A stretch of DNA of 64,000 bases, from assembly GCF_018977255.1 (NCBI RefSeq), contig NW_024704743.1, forward strand, positions 31,808,001-31,872,000, in the 5' to 3' direction. Positions 61,003 through 64,000 of this stretch are shown here, piece after piece; within the stretch, counting starts at the first letter, position 1; each line of letters starts with the position of its first letter. This DNA is from Callorhinchus milii. Taxonomy: Eukaryota. Made by a program: the position numbers and the translations under genes. A model generated the notes under the pieces. The model saw only the letters and a program-made list of their open reading frames with translations, was not told the origin of the DNA and made no database searches.

Positions 61003-62124
61003 TTGTGCTGTATTGTAAATGTACTGTCTTTACACATAACCAAAGCTATTGATATAAAACAAAGGGGAAGTGTTATTTTCAAATGTAATAAAATTGCAAA
61101 CAGAAAACTGCCATTTCCGGCCTGTGTACAAACACTAAGCGCTCAACAACAGACCAAATACATTTACTACAGAACTACAGTTTGTTTTCAATGTCAGTGG
61201 TAGGTAAGAAAGTCTCTAGTTTAAATACATAGCCAGAGGCATTGTAATGTTCTAATGATAGAAAAAAGGGGCACCAGTGGTGAAAGAGGAGAAAGACACA
61301 TCCAGTCTTGTGCTTAAGTTTGGGGCCATTCCAGATGTTGATTAATGTTGATTCAAAGAAATACTTTCAGGTGTTTGTCTCCAACCTGCCCTCTAGTCCT
61401 GCTACCTTGGCCTATTTGATATCATTGTTTGTTTACTTTCTCAATCCTATTTAACAACTAATGCCTCTCTGAGGCATCTTTTTTTCCCACAGCTGAAGAG
61501 CCCTATCTTATCTTTTTGTTCCTCCGAGCTCATCCCTCTAAGACTGAGGATTATTCTCATTGCCCTCCTCCATATTGCCTCCAGAGCTTGGGTGGCCCCT
61601 TGTGTTGTATTGACCAGAACGCTACACGGTAACCCAGATGTGCCAACCAGAGTAATTTGCAGTTTGAGCGTTATTTCTGAGGATCTGAACTGAACATTTA
61701 ATAATATAGCTTAGCATCCCGTTTGCCTTATTTATTGCTGTCTCACACTGTTTTGGCTTGGTGAATAATGAGTCAATTTATACCTCTAAGACTTCTAGGA
61801 CTCTTTCAACTTCCACCTTTGCACTTCTAACCCAGTCATGGAGTACAAGTGTCTCCTGTTTTTACTTCCTATATAGAACACCTTATATTAAAAACTTTCT
61901 TTTCCAAAGATTAGTCAAAGTAAATACTCTGCTGTGAAAGGCGGCTATACCGGATGTGAAAGGTGCTATACAGATGTAATTTGTTGCTGTTGTTGAGCTT
62001 TCTTTGTATTCCTTGTGGTCCAAAATCACAATAATAATAATAATAATAATAATAATATTCCTCGCATTTGATATAGTGCAATAAGGATCATTATACAGAA
62101 TTTCTCATTATAAAAATGGAAAGA

Positions 62125-62590
62125 AAACAACAACAACTTTCATTTATATTGTGCCCTTCATATAGTGACTCGGAGTTTAACAGTGGCTTAGCCTGATGTA
62201 GAATCGAGTAGGGGTGGGGAGGTTACCATAAGCACGGTCGAAAGGAAAGGTCTTCAGGCGTGATCTGAAAACAGGGAAGGAAGGCTGAGAGATTGAAGGA
62301 GAGAATTCCAAAGTTTCAGGATATAGTGGCTGAATACATAGCCACCATTGTGGACCAAAGGGGACAAGGAACAATCAGGAGGCCAGAGCCACCGAGCAGA
62401 GGCTGCAAATGGTGGGGTGGGCAATGAGGAAGTCAGAGAGGTAGGGAGGTGCCAGGGCATGAAGGGATTTGCAGATCAAGTGTGAGGATGTTGAAGTTGA
62501 TGGGGAGCCAGTGTAGCCTGACAAGGACTAGTGTGACGAGAGTGTGAAGTTTAGTGTAGGTGTGTACGTAGGTGGCAGAGTTTTAGTTAA
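62125..62590 (-). mobile_element. Old L2 3' region
   Basis: (caa)n tail; minus frames give GGYVFSHYILKLWNSLL and FRSRLKTFPFDRAY. Confidence 0.82.
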
Positions 62591-62705
62591 TATTTTTAAT
62601 ATAATATAGATTCAGTATAGATCTAATGTAGATCCAGATAGGGAAGACAGGGAGAAATTTGCTTTCTGGGTGGCCTTAAAACAGAAACATCCCAACAGTC
62701 TATGT

Positions 62706-62816
62706 TGGATTCAAACACAGGGTCTAAAGTTAAAGGACACCAACGCTGACCCCTTAATTTGTGGATTCAAACACAGGGTCTAAAGGTAAAGGACACCAAT
62801 GCTAACCCCTTAGTTC
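62706..62816. repeat. 56-bp tandem duplication
   Basis: tggattcaaacacagggtctaaag(t/g)taaaggacaccaa(c/t)gct(g/a)acccctta at 62706 and 62762. Confidence 0.92.
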
Positions 62817-63499
62817 ATACAGTGCCCTTGAATCTAGCTGAATGCTCTGTAGTAATAATCTTCTCGTGCATAGATTTTCAAATGCAGACGTTCCACTGCT
62901 GTCTTCAAATGGCTTATGAATTAATGATAACTTCACTTTTAACCAAACACTGTGGGAGATAGTCCTCTGACATATCTGCCAGCACTCAGACACTGCGCAA
63001 GCTGCTTGAATGCAGGTCTAGGCCTTAGCCATAAATCTACATAACAGATATGATGCCAGTAATAAAAATGATCTGGAGATTGCAAAATGTTTTCTGTCAT
63101 TATGCTCTGTATGTCATACCCCTGTCACAAGCTATTACCATTGCCAGTCATGGAGACATCAGAGCTCTATCTGAAGGCCACAAGAGATAACCAAACACAA
63201 GCTTTTGTACACAATCCAATCTGGAGAGAAGATAAGTAAGACAAGTGAGGGATGCTGACAGTCTGTTGTACGGATGATTAGCACTTTAGCTATTTTACCT
63301 TTGAAATGCTCAGATTTAAAGCCACACTTCTCTTTTGCCAAACTGAATAGTAATAAAAATAAACAGTGCTCCTCATTCTGAATGCATCCCGGTCCAATAT
63401 GTCTCTTTTTAATTACAATTGAAAATAAATTGCGTGGGGAACAGAGCTCTCTGCACGTGTCTGAAAATAGTAGGGCTGATCGAGCAGTCAGAAACGACT

Positions 63500-63790
63500 C
63501 TGCTAATATGCAGTCAAAGGGATACTTCCTTCACTGAGGAACCTGGGTGACGGGCCAAAGCATACATTATAATGCAGGACAGAATCAAGGTTGAAAAGAA
63601 TAGGAGAAAAAACAATATAAATCAAGAGGTGGTTAGATGACGCCAAGCTTGTGTTTTTAAAAGTCTGTGGATTGTAGGAGGAAAGGAAGACAGCGGGAGG
63701 TGAGGGATTTCACAGTCTTGAGGTTGTGAAAGAATAAATTTGTGTAAGAGACACAGGGAATATTGGAATCTTAGTGCTGCATGGCCTTCA
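63500..63790 (-). mobile_element. Ancient CR1-group LINE 3' end, distinct from the common L2 and CR1 here
   Basis: Minus frame SFTTSRL*NPSPPAVFLSSYNPQTFK resembles the LINE ORF2 terminus SF..RT.RLWNSLP..VFP..Y.L..FK; its 3' UTR is shared with 32940 and 36070. Confidence 0.6.
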
Positions 63791-64000
63791 CTTTTTTTTT
63801 AAGCTTGCCTTTCCAATGTTTGAAAAGCAAAAACGAATCAAACAAGGAAGGAGCAAATTTAATCACTGACTTTCCCCCATCAGGAGTCTTCTGCAAAGTT
63901 AAGTAACAGCAAAACCTTATGGCTAACATAAAACACTTTTGTTTCTTCTGTGTTTTAATTGAAATTTAAAAATGTTTTTGGGTTTTAATAGCAGAAGTGT

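Overview
Eukaryotic, AT-rich vertebrate DNA with no intact protein-coding gene that I can recognise; it reads as intronic or intergenic. The repeat content points to a cartilaginous fish, most likely a holocephalan such as Callorhinchus milii (inferred from remembered repeat families, not a database search). It includes a tRNA-headed SINE ending in (ATT)n, Deu-domain SINEs of the SacSINE1/AmnSINE1 type, an L2 LINE ending in (TTG)n, CR1 3' ends and AmnSINE2-like relics. The long ORFs I could assign are decayed L2/CR1 reverse transcriptase or its antisense frames. Main points of interest: (1) an unassigned, hairpin-rich, non-coding interspersed element in four co-oriented copies, one inserted inside a DeuSINE; (2) a fossil Gypsy integrase with polypurine tract and LTR start at about 55.4-57.3 kb; (3) several nested insertions with readable junctions; (4) isolated splice-flanked candidate exons, including a signal-peptide-like 46-nt exon on the minus strand and microexon-like units beside strand-specific hairpins; (5) a 25-bp minisatellite with a 50-bp higher-order period. 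No prokaryote-type system (CRISPR, operon) is present. Boundaries of degraded repeats are approximate.
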